Assembly: GCA_003971905.1 (NCBI GenBank)
Contig: RSEE01000011.1
Location: forward strand, 248,001-312,000
DNA from: Moniliella sp. 'wahieum'
Lineage: Eukaryota
Direction: 5' to 3'
DNA: 64,000 nt
Shown here: piece by piece, positions 48,200-61,322 of the stretch
How the letters are laid out: every line of letters starts with the position of its first letter
Position numbering within the stretch: position 1 is the stretch's first letter
Notes under the pieces: model-generated
Seen by the model: only the letters and a program-made list of their open reading frames with translations
The model's database searches: none
Told to the model about the DNA's origin: nothing
Position numbers and translations under genes: made by a program

Positions 48200-49271
48200 G
48201 ATGAAAAAGCGGGGTGAGAAGAGGGTGGGAGAAGAGAGGTGTGGTGGATCGATAGACAAAAAGGTGAGAGGAAAGGAGGGCTGGCTTTTATACCCAGGCT
48301 GCTTGCTGTTGCTCGCTGGGGGACGATTCGGCTTGTGTCTCGTGTCTTCCTACCACGACGTCAGCGCGTCAGCGCAGCAGCCTCGATAAGATGGGCAGCG
48401 TGGCATAAGCCAGGGTCGCCGAATATCTGCCTCCCCGAGCGAATAAGGACAGGCTGCTGCGCTGATGCGCTGATGGATGACGCGTGATGACGAATGAGGC
48501 TGGGCGCTGGCTGGCAGCATGCGACGCCACCACGTGTGACGCATGATGCATGGTGCATGATGATCGATGACGATGACTGGATGGCTCTGGCCATCTGTAG
48601 GATCTCAGATCCAAACGTCTAAACTCTGAGATTCGCTCAGCGGCTCACGCGCGCGCTCAACGCCGCTTTCAGCTGGCCTCCGTCGACGTCGCTGACGGTA
48701 CGGTGCTGTGTGACGCGTGACGCATGATGCATGATGCATGATGCATGGTGCCATGCACCATGCGTCACGTGTCACGTGCTGCATGTCACCAGTCTGGCCT
48801 ACTGCCCTGCTGCGGGGGGCGGAGCTTGGCTGCAGCGGGCGAGGAGCACGGCGGGTGGGTTCGCCCGGGTGTGCCCAGGCTGTCGCTGTCCCCCTCGCCG
48901 CAGGCCACCCTAAGGCCGAATGTGGACATGTTTTGAAATAGAAACTTACACCTCCAACTTCAAACCCAGCCCGCGGCCGGCACCGCGGCTGTGTTCCCCC
49001 GTGCACCGACGCGGCTGATTTTTTTCACCGCCGGTTTCGCTACATTCGGCCCGCCCGCGGCACTTGCTGACCCTCCCTCTTCTGTGGTCGACATCGCGTT
49101 GCCGCTTGCGCCAGGCTGAGCCCCAGGGCCTCAGCGCGGCCGAGCGCTGACTCTGAAATTTGGCGCCGCCAGCGCGATGGCCAGCGTATGGGATGCGGGC
49201 ACTTTGAAACCAATCTGCTCCGGCGTAATGAAACCAAGGTGCATGAGTGTCTCAGCGGAATGGCATGGGTG

Positions 49272-49301
49272 ACGTGTCACGCTTAGCTAAGCGTGACACG
49301 T
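49272..49301. repeat. Perfect 30-bp palindrome
   Basis: ACGTGTCACGCTTAG|CTAAGCGTGACACGT. Confidence 0.97.
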
Positions 49302-51240
49302 AGCTGGTAGATTTAGATCTTAGATCTTAGAGCTCTCTGAGATCTGACAGCAATTTAAATATTTAAATGCAGATTCACCGGTCGCCATCACCCATCACCG
49401 ATTGTCGATCATCGATCACGCATTGCCCGCCACTTGCATGTCACATGTCACAGCGCCCGGGATATTGACGTCATTGTTAATCACGGACGGTATCGCGAGG
49501 CGTCTGTAGTTGGGCAGACAACGGTGGGTGGGATGGATACCTTGGCCATTGTCCGGTTGGGTCTTTTCGTCGCGCTTGGTATATGGGGAGTGGGGCTAGA
49601 ATGTGCTAGATGGAGGACCGCGAGGGGAGTGTATGCAGTACTGCCTCATCAGTATGCAGTACCATCGCATCTCTTCATGATCGTCCACCAGCCCTCTGTG
49701 GGGTTTGGGCGCCAACACAGTCAGCACACTACTTCGTTTGCCGATCGTCGATCCATCGATCATCAGTGCCAAGTGACAGGTTACTAGCTTTACTAGTTAC
49801 TAGTTACTGGCCTCTGTGGCATCCGGTCCACAACCTCTCACCAAACGTGTGTCTTCACAATAACAACTGCTATATGTATATGCCACACGTCACGTCAAAC
49901 TACCCCTGCACCATGGGAGCTCCACGTTTTTTGTGAGGCTCAACAGCAGAGTGGATGGCTGCTTCATCTGTGGAAGACGAGTCGATGAGGTTGATGTCGA
50001 TGGACGTGTCGATGAGACCTTATTCAACGTTGAAACAGGTAAAATCGCGTGTTCCCAAGACGATACCAAACGCAGACCCATAGAAATAGTTGTTGCCACC
50101 GCAACTCCAGTGTGCTTCCACCTAGTAGGGCGTCATCTCGCTCTCAGTTTCACACTCACGCCTCAATAGCTCGATCTCTAGTTATATCAAGGCTTGCACT
50201 GAGAAAGAGGGGAGAAAAGGAGGATGGAGAGGTGGAAGGCTGACGTAGTGGACACCGGACATATCTGTGAAGTACACTGTCTCGCGGCGTGTGTCCACAT
50301 GGTGTAGGTTTCGACTCAAAAGAAGAAACAAAAGTGCAATGCTCACTTTTTGATGCCTACGGGGTGTGAGTGAGAAGGGACAGTGACATCGACTGTTATT
50401 GGAGCAAGCAGAATGCGAAACGAACGCTAACTCAAGGCCAATTCGTCCTCTCTGATCCGCCGGCCATGAGGACGCGTATAGGTACTTGATGTCACCACGA
50501 TGGCCAACAAGATCTTTGAGCATTGAAAAGCCTTACTGAACAATCTCATTGGTGATGGCTCATTTTGCCGTGCATGTAGACCACACTCATAATATTCGTA
50601 TCCACTTGCACTACTTGTACCCCGCGCTTTTTGGGGGCGACTGGCAGGAGCCAGAGAAGAGCCCCGAGACCTGCGCTGTGACAACACCGACCTCTTCAGT
50701 TGGATGGAATGAGAAGCAAGCAGAATATACACACTTGAGTATAAGTGCAGCGTTGCTTTGTCCCAGCCTCAAGCGCTGTACAAATGATATGAGAGTACAA
50801 CTAAGTGGGCGGGCACACTGATGGGGGCCTCACTCATGGAGGCGCTAATAGGAAAAGGAAGGACTATACGTCCCCGCCTTCCATACCTTCTAGAAAATGG
50901 ATTCTGTTCCCGAAGAATGCGGTTTGGAGAAGGTGTCTGCGTCTGATTATATGTAGAGAGTAAGATCAAGTGTAAGTGTGGAGCTAACAAGACCCTCATC
51001 GACCAGTCGATCCCCCTGTCCCCATCTGCAGTTGATGATGTGGATATATATATTCCACCCTGAGGAGTACATATACTAGGTTGCTATCTTCTGGGGGTTT
51101 TCAGATGCCTCTCGTTCTCATCGCCCTTTAGATATACCAAGTAGTTGTGTTTGTAGGAGGATCATTTCTTTGGATCTAGGAACATGCTCCCACAACGAAG
51201 CAGTGACGTATTTATCAACGCAGAGAAGAGCATCAGCGCT

Positions 51241-51339
51241 GTCGGGTTAGCTCAGATGGGAGAGCGTGAGATTGAAGCTTCTTCAATAGCAGATCCTCTG
51301 GATTCCTCAAGGTCCCCGGTTCGATCCCGGGACACGACA
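51241..51339 (+). tRNA. tRNA-Phe(GAA), intron-containing
   Basis: Acceptor stem GTCGGGT/ACACGAC-A (one mismatch), D arm TAGCTCAGATGGGAGAGC, anticodon arm TGAGA-TTGAAG, ~25-nt intron with CTTCAAT complementary to the anticodon loop, T arm CCCGG-TTCGATC-CCGGG, and a downstream T6 Pol III terminator. Confidence 0.88.
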
Positions 51340-51563
51340 TCTTTTTTGAGAGAGAGATTGATTACGCTCAACCCTAAGACCTGAATCTTAATTCCTTTCG
51401 CCCCTATAAGTGCCCAACTCCCGATTCACATCTCCTACCGCACCAACGCCACACCGTCCTATTCCACCTCATCTCGACTTTCTCACCCCTTTCGCCACCC
51501 TTTATCTGGCAGCGCTCTAGGCCATGTAGGGCCAGCCTCATTTCTTCTATTCCAGTATCCGCC

Positions 51564-53070
51564 ATGACTCTCCCCACCTCTGACAAGGAAGCCCTCAAAG
51601 GCGCAGGCGCCAGCGCTCGCATTTCTCATGCTGAGCCGTGCAACGAGCTCCCATCGCCCCGTGTGTCCCATTCAAGACAGTTGCTTTCATGGGTGCGTAT
51701 GGCGATGCTCCTTGGCACCGCTATTATCATCCTCTACACCGCGCCGGCGTTGCACGCTTGAGTGCTGCGTTGGAGACAGGTTCGCTTCCCTTTCTCGGTG
51801 ATCTTTTCCGCTTCCCTAGTGACCTGCTTTTACACCGCCCAGCAAGGATCAATTCTATCTTCCCCCGGCCAACATTTCCCTTTATCCCCCCGGCGGATTG
51901 ATCGACTGGAGGAAAGTCCACAGTATCCTCCCTGAGCTCCAGTTCTCCCGAACTAAGCGGATGGTTCAGTTGGCCTTTGCCACAACCGACACTAGAGGCA
52001 ACCCCACCACTCAGTCGCGACGTTCTATGAGCCTTTCTCCTCCCTATGGGACGTATGGAAATCGGACGTACCCAGCCGCATGATCGTAATTTCCGTATGG
52101 GAAGACGCGGTTAGTCTTGACTGCAGCCCCAGCTGGGCTTTACGAGTTGGGGGAGCGAATGCTCAGTCGGTCCTCTCCGACACCGCCTTTGTGATCAACT
52201 GGGCTTTGAATCGGGGTTGGTACGTGTTGGTGCCTGACCACGAAGGCCCACAAAGCGCATTTGCTGCTGCTGGCTGGCACGAGAGCGCTGCAACGTTGGA
52301 TGCGATCCGATCGGCGCTAAGATGGGCTCGCCTTGATACCACACAGACTTCGATCGCCTTGTGGGGGTACTCTGGAGGAGGGCACGCCTCCGCTTGGACC
52401 GCCCAACGACACGCTTCCTACGCTTCTGAGGTTCCCATTGTGGGCGCAGCGATGGTGGTGTGCCTGCCGATTTAGAGGCGCTTGTCTCGTTGATCGACCG
52501 AGGCCCTTTCGCTGGATTTGTAGCGGCTGGCCTAGCTGGATTGGGTGCTGCATACCCTGAGTTGGAGCAATGGATCGAGAGCCATGCCCTTCCTGACCTG
52601 CAGGACACTGTGCACTGGCTTCGGAACGGCACATGCCTTCTCCCCGAGCTCTCTGCCCTTGCTGGACGGGACATCAAGGGCGAATTTTCGATTCCCAACC
52701 CGTTGCTTCACCCTATCCCTGCTCGGATCCTTCAGCACGAATCACTGGTATCTCCATTGGGTGGGGGCGGACTGAAACCGCCTTCATTCCCCGTTACATT
52801 TGGCATGCACTGCACGACGAAGTGGTGCCCTTTGACCCTGTCAATGAATGGGTCTCAGCCCAGTGCTCCCTGATCCTCGGGATGACATACGGATCAAGTT
52901 CTACAACTGGTCGGCGGGGCAACATTGCCTTTGCTGTACATCCTTTTGGTGGACATGCTGCTGTTCAGGGCTCTGGTCTTGCCCCCTCTCTAGCCTTTGT
53001 TGCTCGAACTCTTGAGGGCACGCTGCAGTCGGACTGGGCATGTGGATCCGACCCTTTTGGCTTACTTTGA
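51564..53070 (+). CDS. Secretory lipase (LIP family)
   Basis: WEDAVSLDCSPSWAL, ALNRGWYVLVPDHEGP.SAF, LDAIR, WGYSGG nucleophile motif, LGAAYPEL, HALHDEVVP. N-terminal hydrophobic segment after ~40 aa; frameshifts; 3' end may extend toward 53276. Confidence 0.9.
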
Positions 53071-53709
53071 ACAAGGGCAAAGATGATGAAGCTGATTTGG
53101 AGATGACCGTCCTTGCTGTTAGGCCAATCGAGCTGCTTTTCAAGGTGCCCTTAGGAGGTGGTCTGAGGAAAGACACTTCCCATCCCTGCGCGGAGTCCCG
53201 TGGCGCAAAATTTCCCTCCCCATATGACTTGTCCATCACGAGCAGCAGCAGCCTTCTGCAGCAGTTTTGTTTTTGAACACAACACTTACGACTTGCGGAG
53301 TCTCGACTCAGTACTGATCCAGAGTGCATTGTTGGGCCACTGAGCGTAGCTTAGCATGGGCGTCTCGATAACGGAGATAGGGCCTATGAGTCATGCTATA
53401 CTCACCAGTATGGGAAGGGTTCCAGAAAATAGTCTCACTCAAGGGCGCAGAGGCCTCAAAGAGGGAGTAGCTGGCGTGGGGCTTCGGTGCAGCCGCCCAG
53501 TGCAGCCCATTCAACCAACCATGAAACTTTTCATTCCCAACCCTTTCCCAGCTTCTTATCAATATCACCGGCACCCCCGATCCAACGTCGATCATAGCGC
53601 GGGCGAAGATGGGCTGGGCCTCCCAGCCTCAGCTTTCCGTCAACACGCTTGCGGCTCCCATTGTTATCGTGTCCCAACACCACCTCCACCTCCCTCCACC
53701 TCAGGTGCT

Positions 53710-54676
53710 ATGCTCCCGCGTCATAGTTTATCCTGTCTAGCCCGCGAGGCTACCCATGGATGTTGGTACGCTGCTCAACACTAGCGCCCATCTCAGCCGG
53801 CCCCAGGTTGATTATACCAAGTCGTCCACTCGGGCGATCGACTACAAGGATCAGCGCCCTCATCGTCAGCTGCCTCCGCTGCCCACGATCGAGCCCCCTC
53901 GTATGCGACCAAGTGAAGCGGTGGGGAACATTCTCTACAATACTCCCGAGCCAGGCAATGTACCCTTGATGCGGCACACACTTACGGCACTGGTGCAAGA
54001 CGAACCTGGGGTGTTGGCACGAGTATCGGGTGCCCTGGCAGCCAGAGGCTTCAACATTGATTCTCTGGTTGTTTGCTCGACCGAGGTTCCTGATCTCTCG
54101 CGTATGTGTATTGTGCTCAACGGACAAGCTTCTGTGATTGAGCAAGTCCGACGTCAACTCGAGGATCTGGTTCCCATCTGGGCCGTTCTTGACCACACCC
54201 ATACCCGGACAATTGAGCGGGAGATGCTGCTAGTGCGAGTGAGTTTGTTGGGGCCAGAGTATTTCCAAGACCAGGTTGAGTATGGAGCTGCACCAACGGC
54301 ACCTCCCGCGCCTTACTTTTCGGAATCGGAAGTGGAGCGCGTTTTTGTTCCGGCTCGTCCCCTGGCCCTCCCGCGGGCCAGAGACTGAGTCCGACAGATG
54401 CACTTCGCATCAAGGGCGAACACCTTCGCCATGTCATTACCCTGATTCAACAGTTCCAAGGCGCATGGTCGATGTCAGCCGGACTCGGCCATTGTAGAAA
54501 TGACGGGCAAGACTGAACGGTGTGATGCACTCTTGAAACTGCTTCGTCCTTTTGGTATCATCGAATGTGCCCGCTCTGGCACCATGGTTCTGCCGCGGGC
54601 AGCCCAGGGTGACGAGGACGATTTACCAGTCCCGGACAAGGTCCACGTTGACGCCAGCCTGTTGCCCCCGGGCTAA
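53710..54676 (+). CDS. ILV6: Acetolactate synthase regulatory small subunit
   Basis: AVGNILYNTP, LVQDEPGVLARVSG.LAARGFNIDSLVVC.TEV.DLSRM.IVL.G, QLEDLVP.WAVLD, LGPEYF, PFGIIECARSG.MVLPR, VDASLLPPG*. Confidence 0.96.
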
Positions 54677-55348
54677 TGGCAGAACGGTGGTGCAGCGTGT
54701 CCCTGCCTCCTCAATCCTTCATTTTTTTCTCAGCCAGGGGTCAGCCGCCTGTCTGCGGGTCGGCCAAGCTCATTGAATCATGGTTGAGAATACGTTGAAT
54801 GGTGATCATCGCTTTATCATTAACGCCGGCTCATTCCAGGCTGTGGGGATGGGTACATGGGTGAGGCAGGATACATGGAATGGCCGATGTGAGCTGCATA
54901 AAAGCGATGGACAGCGCTTGCAACGATAGAATGGTATATCTAGGCCCAGTGTGGAGAAGAGTACCGAATGTTTTAGGCGCCAGCAGCCACGGATCCATGT
55001 GAAAATGTGCCAGCACACACTGCCCTCATGCTCGCGAGATGACTTGGTCCGTGCCCCAGCCAGTGAGCTCGACAATGCCGTGGCGCGTGACGACGCGTGA
55101 TTCATAAATGGAGGGCGCAACAAGGGGCTTCCTTCAAGCTTCAAGCTTTCTTCGGGGCTCAGCGCACCACAGGCCTAATGGCCTCCAAGTCACTAATCAG
55201 CGTTCGGCACAGCCGCCAGCGCGCCAGCCCGCAACCCCTGGCCGCGCATGCACAGGTTTCAATCTCAATTCCCGCTGCAGCACCGCTTCTTTCTCCCCAC
55301 CACCACCACCTTCCCTCCACACTAGGTGTTGTGCCGACTGTACCCGCC

Positions 55349-55944
55349 ATGTCGCTCCCTTACACGATGCGTCTCATGTCTGCCGTGCCATGTCCCCCCC
55401 TAGCTCTTGTTGGGCATACCATTCCCCATTCTCTGTCCTAACCCTACCCAGTTTGCTTTCTGCTGCTGGCCTTTGAGATGGCATTCTTCTTTGTCCTCAT
55501 TTGCCCCATCCCTTTTGCAGCCCGCAAGAACTCATCCACTTCCTTGCTTTCACCCGGTTGTGAGTCAAATTCAGTACGGCTTCAAGATATCTTTCATCTT
55601 TGTCGCCATTCTTTTCATCGATGCCGTCAGCCGCCTGTTGAAAGCCCAGGAGGAGCACCGCCTTCGCAAGGCCGGCAAGTTGACACCCGACCTTGGATTC
55701 AACGCTCAACCCGGTGGCGAGCTCATCAAGCTCTTCTACACCCAGCGCAACTTGTATATCACCGGCTTCTGCCTCTTCCTTTCCATTGTGCTTGCTCGTA
55801 CCTTCTCGATCGTACAAGAGAATGTGGCACTCGAGGGGGAGAACCGCGAATTCAAGGCCAAGCATGGACCTCTTGCTCCAAGCACCGGCACCCCGCCCCC
55901 CCTCCCCCTCCCCTTCCAAGCCCGAAGAGAAGAAGAAGTTGTAA
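55349..55944 (+). CDS. BAP31/BAP29 (Yet-like) ER membrane protein
   Basis: MSLPYTM, EMAFFFVLICPIPF, KISFIFVAILFIDAV.RL, KLFYTQRNLYITGFCLFLS and a C-terminal EEKKKL* dilysine signal. First intron ends at ~55451; frameshifts. Confidence 0.88.
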
Positions 55945-58944
55945 GCCCCTCTCCCCTCCCCCTGTTGTGTGCAGCAACAGCGCCCTTCCTTGTTTTGCTA
56001 GGACAGTGCATCTGTTTCCCGCCTGCCAAGGATCTTTACTTGTAGAGCATCATAATTTTTGGTATTGCGCCAATTGTGGCATGAACCTACATTCAACCCT
56101 GGGTATTCATGCACCGGAGACACCCATGTGTAGGTAGGACAGGGTCTACACCGTCGACCAACCTTGTGTGTATGCGGACGAACAGCCCTGTGGGAGCCCC
56201 GATCTGAGAGTGGGCTGCATCATTCTCATCGTCTCCATCTTTTCATATCCAGCCATTTCCACAAACAATAAGGCGTACTCATTGCCAGGCTTGCCGCTTC
56301 CGACTTTCCCTCTCTCCGTCTTCGAGCCGGGACATGGATGTCACCGCGTGCCTCCTGTGTCCTGCTTCACACTCATATACGTATCCTCGGTTGGGGCGAT
56401 GCGGCATCGCTATAGAGACAGCAATCAATTCCCGCCGCTTTTTCAATCGCCGAACCCGTTATGGACGTTATCCATTGAAAACGTCGATGGCGCTCTCTTT
56501 TACCCCGCTGATGAGGGGGGTCAGTTTAGCAGAAGGTACAATCCCGGGAGCGGCATCGCATCCCGAGGTATTCCACCCCAATGGTGCCGAACTGTCTCGC
56601 CTGATTCATCGCTACATCTTCTCTGTGGCGAAACGGGCTACCCACTGTGACGGGGATATTAAGTTGTTGCACCACCCCAGGCTCGGCTAGTGGTCCTCGC
56701 CTCTGAGAAGCACATGATGGATTTTTGACATCGGTAGGCTCAGGCACATCGGTTCCTATGGCTTCTACCCTCGAGCTCCGATCCTGAAACTTCGTGCTTC
56801 CCTCTCGTACGGAGAAGGCTAACGCCTTCCTTCCTCGGCGTCCCGCTTGTCTGTCTCCTCCCAAGGCCAGCTACGGCGAGCTTCTACTAGTGGGTGCAGG
56901 CATGCATACGCGTGCCGACTGGTGCCACATCGGTTCCGTAGGTGGTTCTCCCAAGCAGCATACCCTCGCATGGTGGAGGTGGACCCAATGACCGCCTTCA
57001 TGCTTGTGATGCGGAAACTTCTCAAACTGGCAGGGAGCAGTGGCTCCGGTGCATAACCATTCCTTCTGCGCCTTCTTCCGCCCGAAGTTGACACCACTGA
57101 CAATGGCCTCGGAACTCATCATGGTGGCCTCCCATTACCTGGAATTGCAGGGCCTCGGACAATCACATTGCCCCGGCCCGCACAACCCCCAAGGCAACGA
57201 CCCAGCTGGGGAAATGGTGAAGTATAGATTAAGCCCCCTTCCTACTAATCGAGTGGTGCTCCCCGTCGGCTACGCTCGTCTTGCGCTACCGCCACGTATG
57301 GACCGCTGTACTGGATGCTGTCCTCCACGTTCACAATGTATCCTTCTTCCTTGCCGACGGAAACTAAGTACGCGCGCCTACCTTCTTTGATCGTTTCGTG
57401 CGCCACCCGTCTGACGCTCTGCTCAACAAAGTCATCCGCATATAAGAGAACCCCGGCCCCAGGCATTGCCACTGACCCGTCCGAATCCCTGACTGTCTAT
57501 CTCTATCGTGCGCTATTGAATACATGACAGAGCCGTCGCGATTAGCTCACTTCGACTCCTCCGTCCAAGGAGTGTAGTAACATGTAATTTCCCACCGGGA
57601 TATGAGCCCACTGGCAGCGCCTCCTTTGTCATGCGGCAAATCCAATCGGTACTTCTCTGCTCGTTGGACCGCCTCCTTGTAGATTGAACGGCACCCTGGT
57701 ACATCTCCATCAATAACCCTTCCATCGATAACGCTTGCTCGATGCTTGGGGCAACATCGTAGACGAGGTCGCCCACACATGAAAGCTGGCTGCGCCCTTT
57801 ACCCGAGTACCTTGATCCTCCGGCTCAAGAGGAATACTAGCTTTCCGGGAGGAGGTACTGCTTCTGCCAAGCTCAATATTTGCTACAAGTGGTCGCCACC
57901 CGCGCGGTGGGCGCACTCGTCTTCGTCAGCCTCTTGTACTCTCGTTCGCCCTTCCGCCCTCTCTTTTCCCACTCACCACCCACCTCTCGCATGGCTCCTT
58001 TGATGAGACCTGGAGTCCTGATGGTCCTCGAGGGTGATGCAATCGCACTGGTGGTGGTGGTGGTCTAAGCCAACCAGCAACGCCTAGTACAGAGGAACAT
58101 CAAGCAACGAGTCGCCACCAGGGGCTAAAAGCTGCGGAACAAGGAAAAACAGGAGAGAAAAACAACGGAATTCCCAGGCCTGAGGAGGAACTGAAGAGAC
58201 ATTGGCCAAAGCACGAGCCACCCGATGGCTCAACGCTCAACCAACCTCAACATCGTTCGCTCATACGATCGTCCGACGTCTGCTTTGCTCCGTACGTCTT
58301 TGTGATGAACAACGTTGATGCATTGCTGCGATGCCCCGAAAGCTAATCAATCGCTAATCAACTAATCGCCGGGCTGAACATACTGAGCAAGACGATTGCA
58401 ACATTGAACACCGGTGTCGAACGCGCGGGCGCCCCGGTGCCCAGGCCGGCTCAAGCGCTCAGGCGTTCGGGGCCTGGCCGCCACAGGCACAGGGTCACTA
58501 TAGGCCGCAGGCCCACACTCAGTACTCACTGGATGAGGCCGATGAGGCGCATGCAGATTGCAGAGCATCAGCGGTGCCCTCAGCAGGACCAGCAGCCGGG
58601 CAGTCTCCTTCCGCCCTGAAGGCTAAGCGCTGACGCGCTGACAGCGCTGATGCGCTGAGCCGACGCGTGACGGCAGAAGTACGAAGAACAGCGCATCACT
58701 GGCGCCATGCCCACCTCGAGCTGTCGCACTGGCTGCGGTTGCTGCAGGGTTCCGTCGGCGGTGCACGCCGGGGCGGAGTGGGGCGGGGCGCATGCAGGGT
58801 GGGACACTGGCGCCACGCGGGCTGCAGCTGCTCCACCCCCTTGCATGCAGGCCCCGTTGCTCAGTCCAACTGCCACGCCTTCGGCTGGCCACGAGCACCA
58901 CCACTCTTCCTCCCTCCACATCCGAGTTGGTGCCGTCGACGAGC

Positions 58945-61322
58945 ATGAGTGCTGCTGCCAGCTCCCGCACTCTGGGTGACCGCCGCACGCCCTCGTCGCC
59001 CGCGTCGGCGTCGGCGTCTGCGTCCGCATCTGCGTCTGCGTCTGTGCCTCCGGCAGCGGTGCCGGCGACGCCAAACCGCTGGTCGGCTGTCGCGGCCGCT
59101 GCCGCTGCGGCTTCCTCCCCCCGCGGTGCCAGCCATGCGCCGCGCCAGGTGCATCCGCTCCCGCGCCCCCCTATCGCCTCGGCCTTCTCGCCCCCTCGTC
59201 CACGGCGCCCACCTGCCTTCACGTCCGCCACCTTCTCGCCTACGCCCACACCGGCGGCCACAGCGCCGGCCTGCCCTCCACCTCTCCGCACGCCCCTCCG
59301 GCTTTGATGGACAAGGGCGACGCCAATTTGCGGGTCTCTCATACTGAGGGTATCAACCTCAGCCCACAGAAAGACTGGTCGGCTTGCGGCGACTGGGCCG
59401 AAGAAGACGATGAATTGGCCGGACGCGCTGCTGTCTCAGGATGGGACCATTTGGCTAAGAAGGATGCCAAGGAGGTTCAAAAGATGGCCGCTCCAACTGC
59501 ACCTGTTGAGCGTCTGGCACAGAAATTTGACCAGCCTGCCACACCGGACAAGAATCTCGTCACGGAGACTGCTCAACCTTCTCCCGACAATTCTCATAGC
59601 AACGAACAAGAGGGGGCGGAAGTGACCCAGATTGGCAAGCAAGAGGAAAAGCACCTCGCCGATCCGCAGGACGCGGCCAAGCCACCTGTATCTCCTCCCG
59701 CAACTCCGCCTCTTATTCCCGCTTCCACTTCCAACCTCGACCAGGGGACTACGAGTTCTGATGCAGCCCCACCCTCACCCGCGCGACCCTAACGCGTGCG
59801 CCATCGGAAAAGGCCCAAAAGCTCCTGACGGTCACACAAGCGAGCCGAGCCCGGGCGCACGCTGACATGGGAGAAGCTCCTAGTCCCGCAGCCCCCAAAG
59901 CTAAAGCGACACCGACCGGCCAACGCCAAACTAACGTGGGCGCTGCGCCTTTAGCTAACTATCAGATGACGTTCGACAAGTTTGTTGTCCGCGAACAAAC
60001 ATGGATCAATCATGTTGGTCGCGAAAAGCATCGCATCGACAAGGACAAGAACATTGCCGCTCTTCGCGAGTTTGCCGCCAAGTTCCACCTCAAGACACCC
60101 GTTCCCGATGACATATCGATTTGGTCATCCAAGAAAGATATCCATGCTGCCGAGACGCAAGGAGACAGAGGTCTGTCAATCCCAATGGCACCTCTCCATC
60201 CCAATACAAGCAAAGGGGATCCGAGTGCGACGACCACATTACCGCATCTGACGCCTTCTGCGCCTCCCCCAGCGCCGTCTGTGGGCCAACCGAACGTTGG
60301 CAAGCACGAGGGCGGGTCGGACGTGTTGAAGATGTCTTCGAGTGCTACTCCATCCGACCCTTTGGCCAGAGTCCAGGAACGGCCTGGGGCAGGAGGGGCC
60401 GCCTCTTCGATCAACCAACTGTCAGCCAAAGCGTCCCAATTACGGCTTGGCGCTTCCGATGCCACCGAGCAGGGGAAAGGAAAGACGCGCAATGTCAATC
60501 CGTTCTTTGGCCACAAGGTTCCCAACATCAAGGACTCGGCTGACGTTGCGATGCACTTCACGTGCTTGCGTCAGCGTGACCGCCCGAGCCCCGCATCCGT
60601 TTCGCACTTGTGGCCCTACCACGGCCGCTCCTTCCGCACTTTCTTTGCTCCTCCTAGCAGTCCTCTGGGCCAGGCGTCAAGTCTCTCATCTAATGCTGGG
60701 GGGGGTTTCCCCTCTGGAGCGCAGCCCCTTGCACCGGGCAAGCAAGCCTCATGTTATGTTCGCCAACGGATCGGTTTCGCCACATCTGGTGCAAGGCATG
60801 AAGAAGTCGTCACCTTCGGAAACTCCCGGGCTTTAGGGGGAACGCCGCACAACCCGGGATTGACACCCGTCCCGATGCAGATGCAGTATGTGATGGGGCC
60901 AAATATGTTTCCTGGCGGTGTGATACCCAACCCGTCGCCTGTACCTGGAGCAGGGCAACCAATGATGCCTGCTCAGGGACCATTGATGTACGTTGCTCCG
61001 GGTGGTTTCGCATGGCAGCCAGCCGGCCAAGTGCAGCAAATGTACGCGTTCCCCCCCGGGTCCGCCAATGGGGCCTGGTGCAATGGGCCTGCCCTCTGGC
61101 TTTGTTCCTGGGATGCCTCCTCCCGGCTATCCAGGCCCCTTCGCCTCCCCGTATGGATTCCCGGTCGTTCCGGGACCACTACCAGGGATGCCAGTACAAG
61201 GTGTCGTTCCCCATGGCCAAGCTCCTCATCACCCGCACGGCCACAAACACTACCACAAGCCCCCACGTCGAGGGCGCCATCATCGCCCTTCCTCGCCTAT
61301 CCCGCAGCGACACAAAGATTGA
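58945..61322 (+). CDS. Pbp1/ataxin-2-related low-complexity protein (C-terminal-type motifs only)
   Basis: FDKFVVREQ...KDKNIAALREFAAKFHLKTPVPDDI and NPFFG.K...V..LWPYHGRSF resemble conserved fungal Pbp1 blocks, followed by a Pro/Gly/Met/Gln-rich tail. Frameshifts; ends approximate. Confidence 0.6.

Noticed and set aside
50961..50974. TAAGATCAAGTGTA matching the U2 snRNA core
   Set aside because: The match breaks before the GTAGTA branch-recognition sequence is complete, and the 5' stem-loop I sequence is absent.
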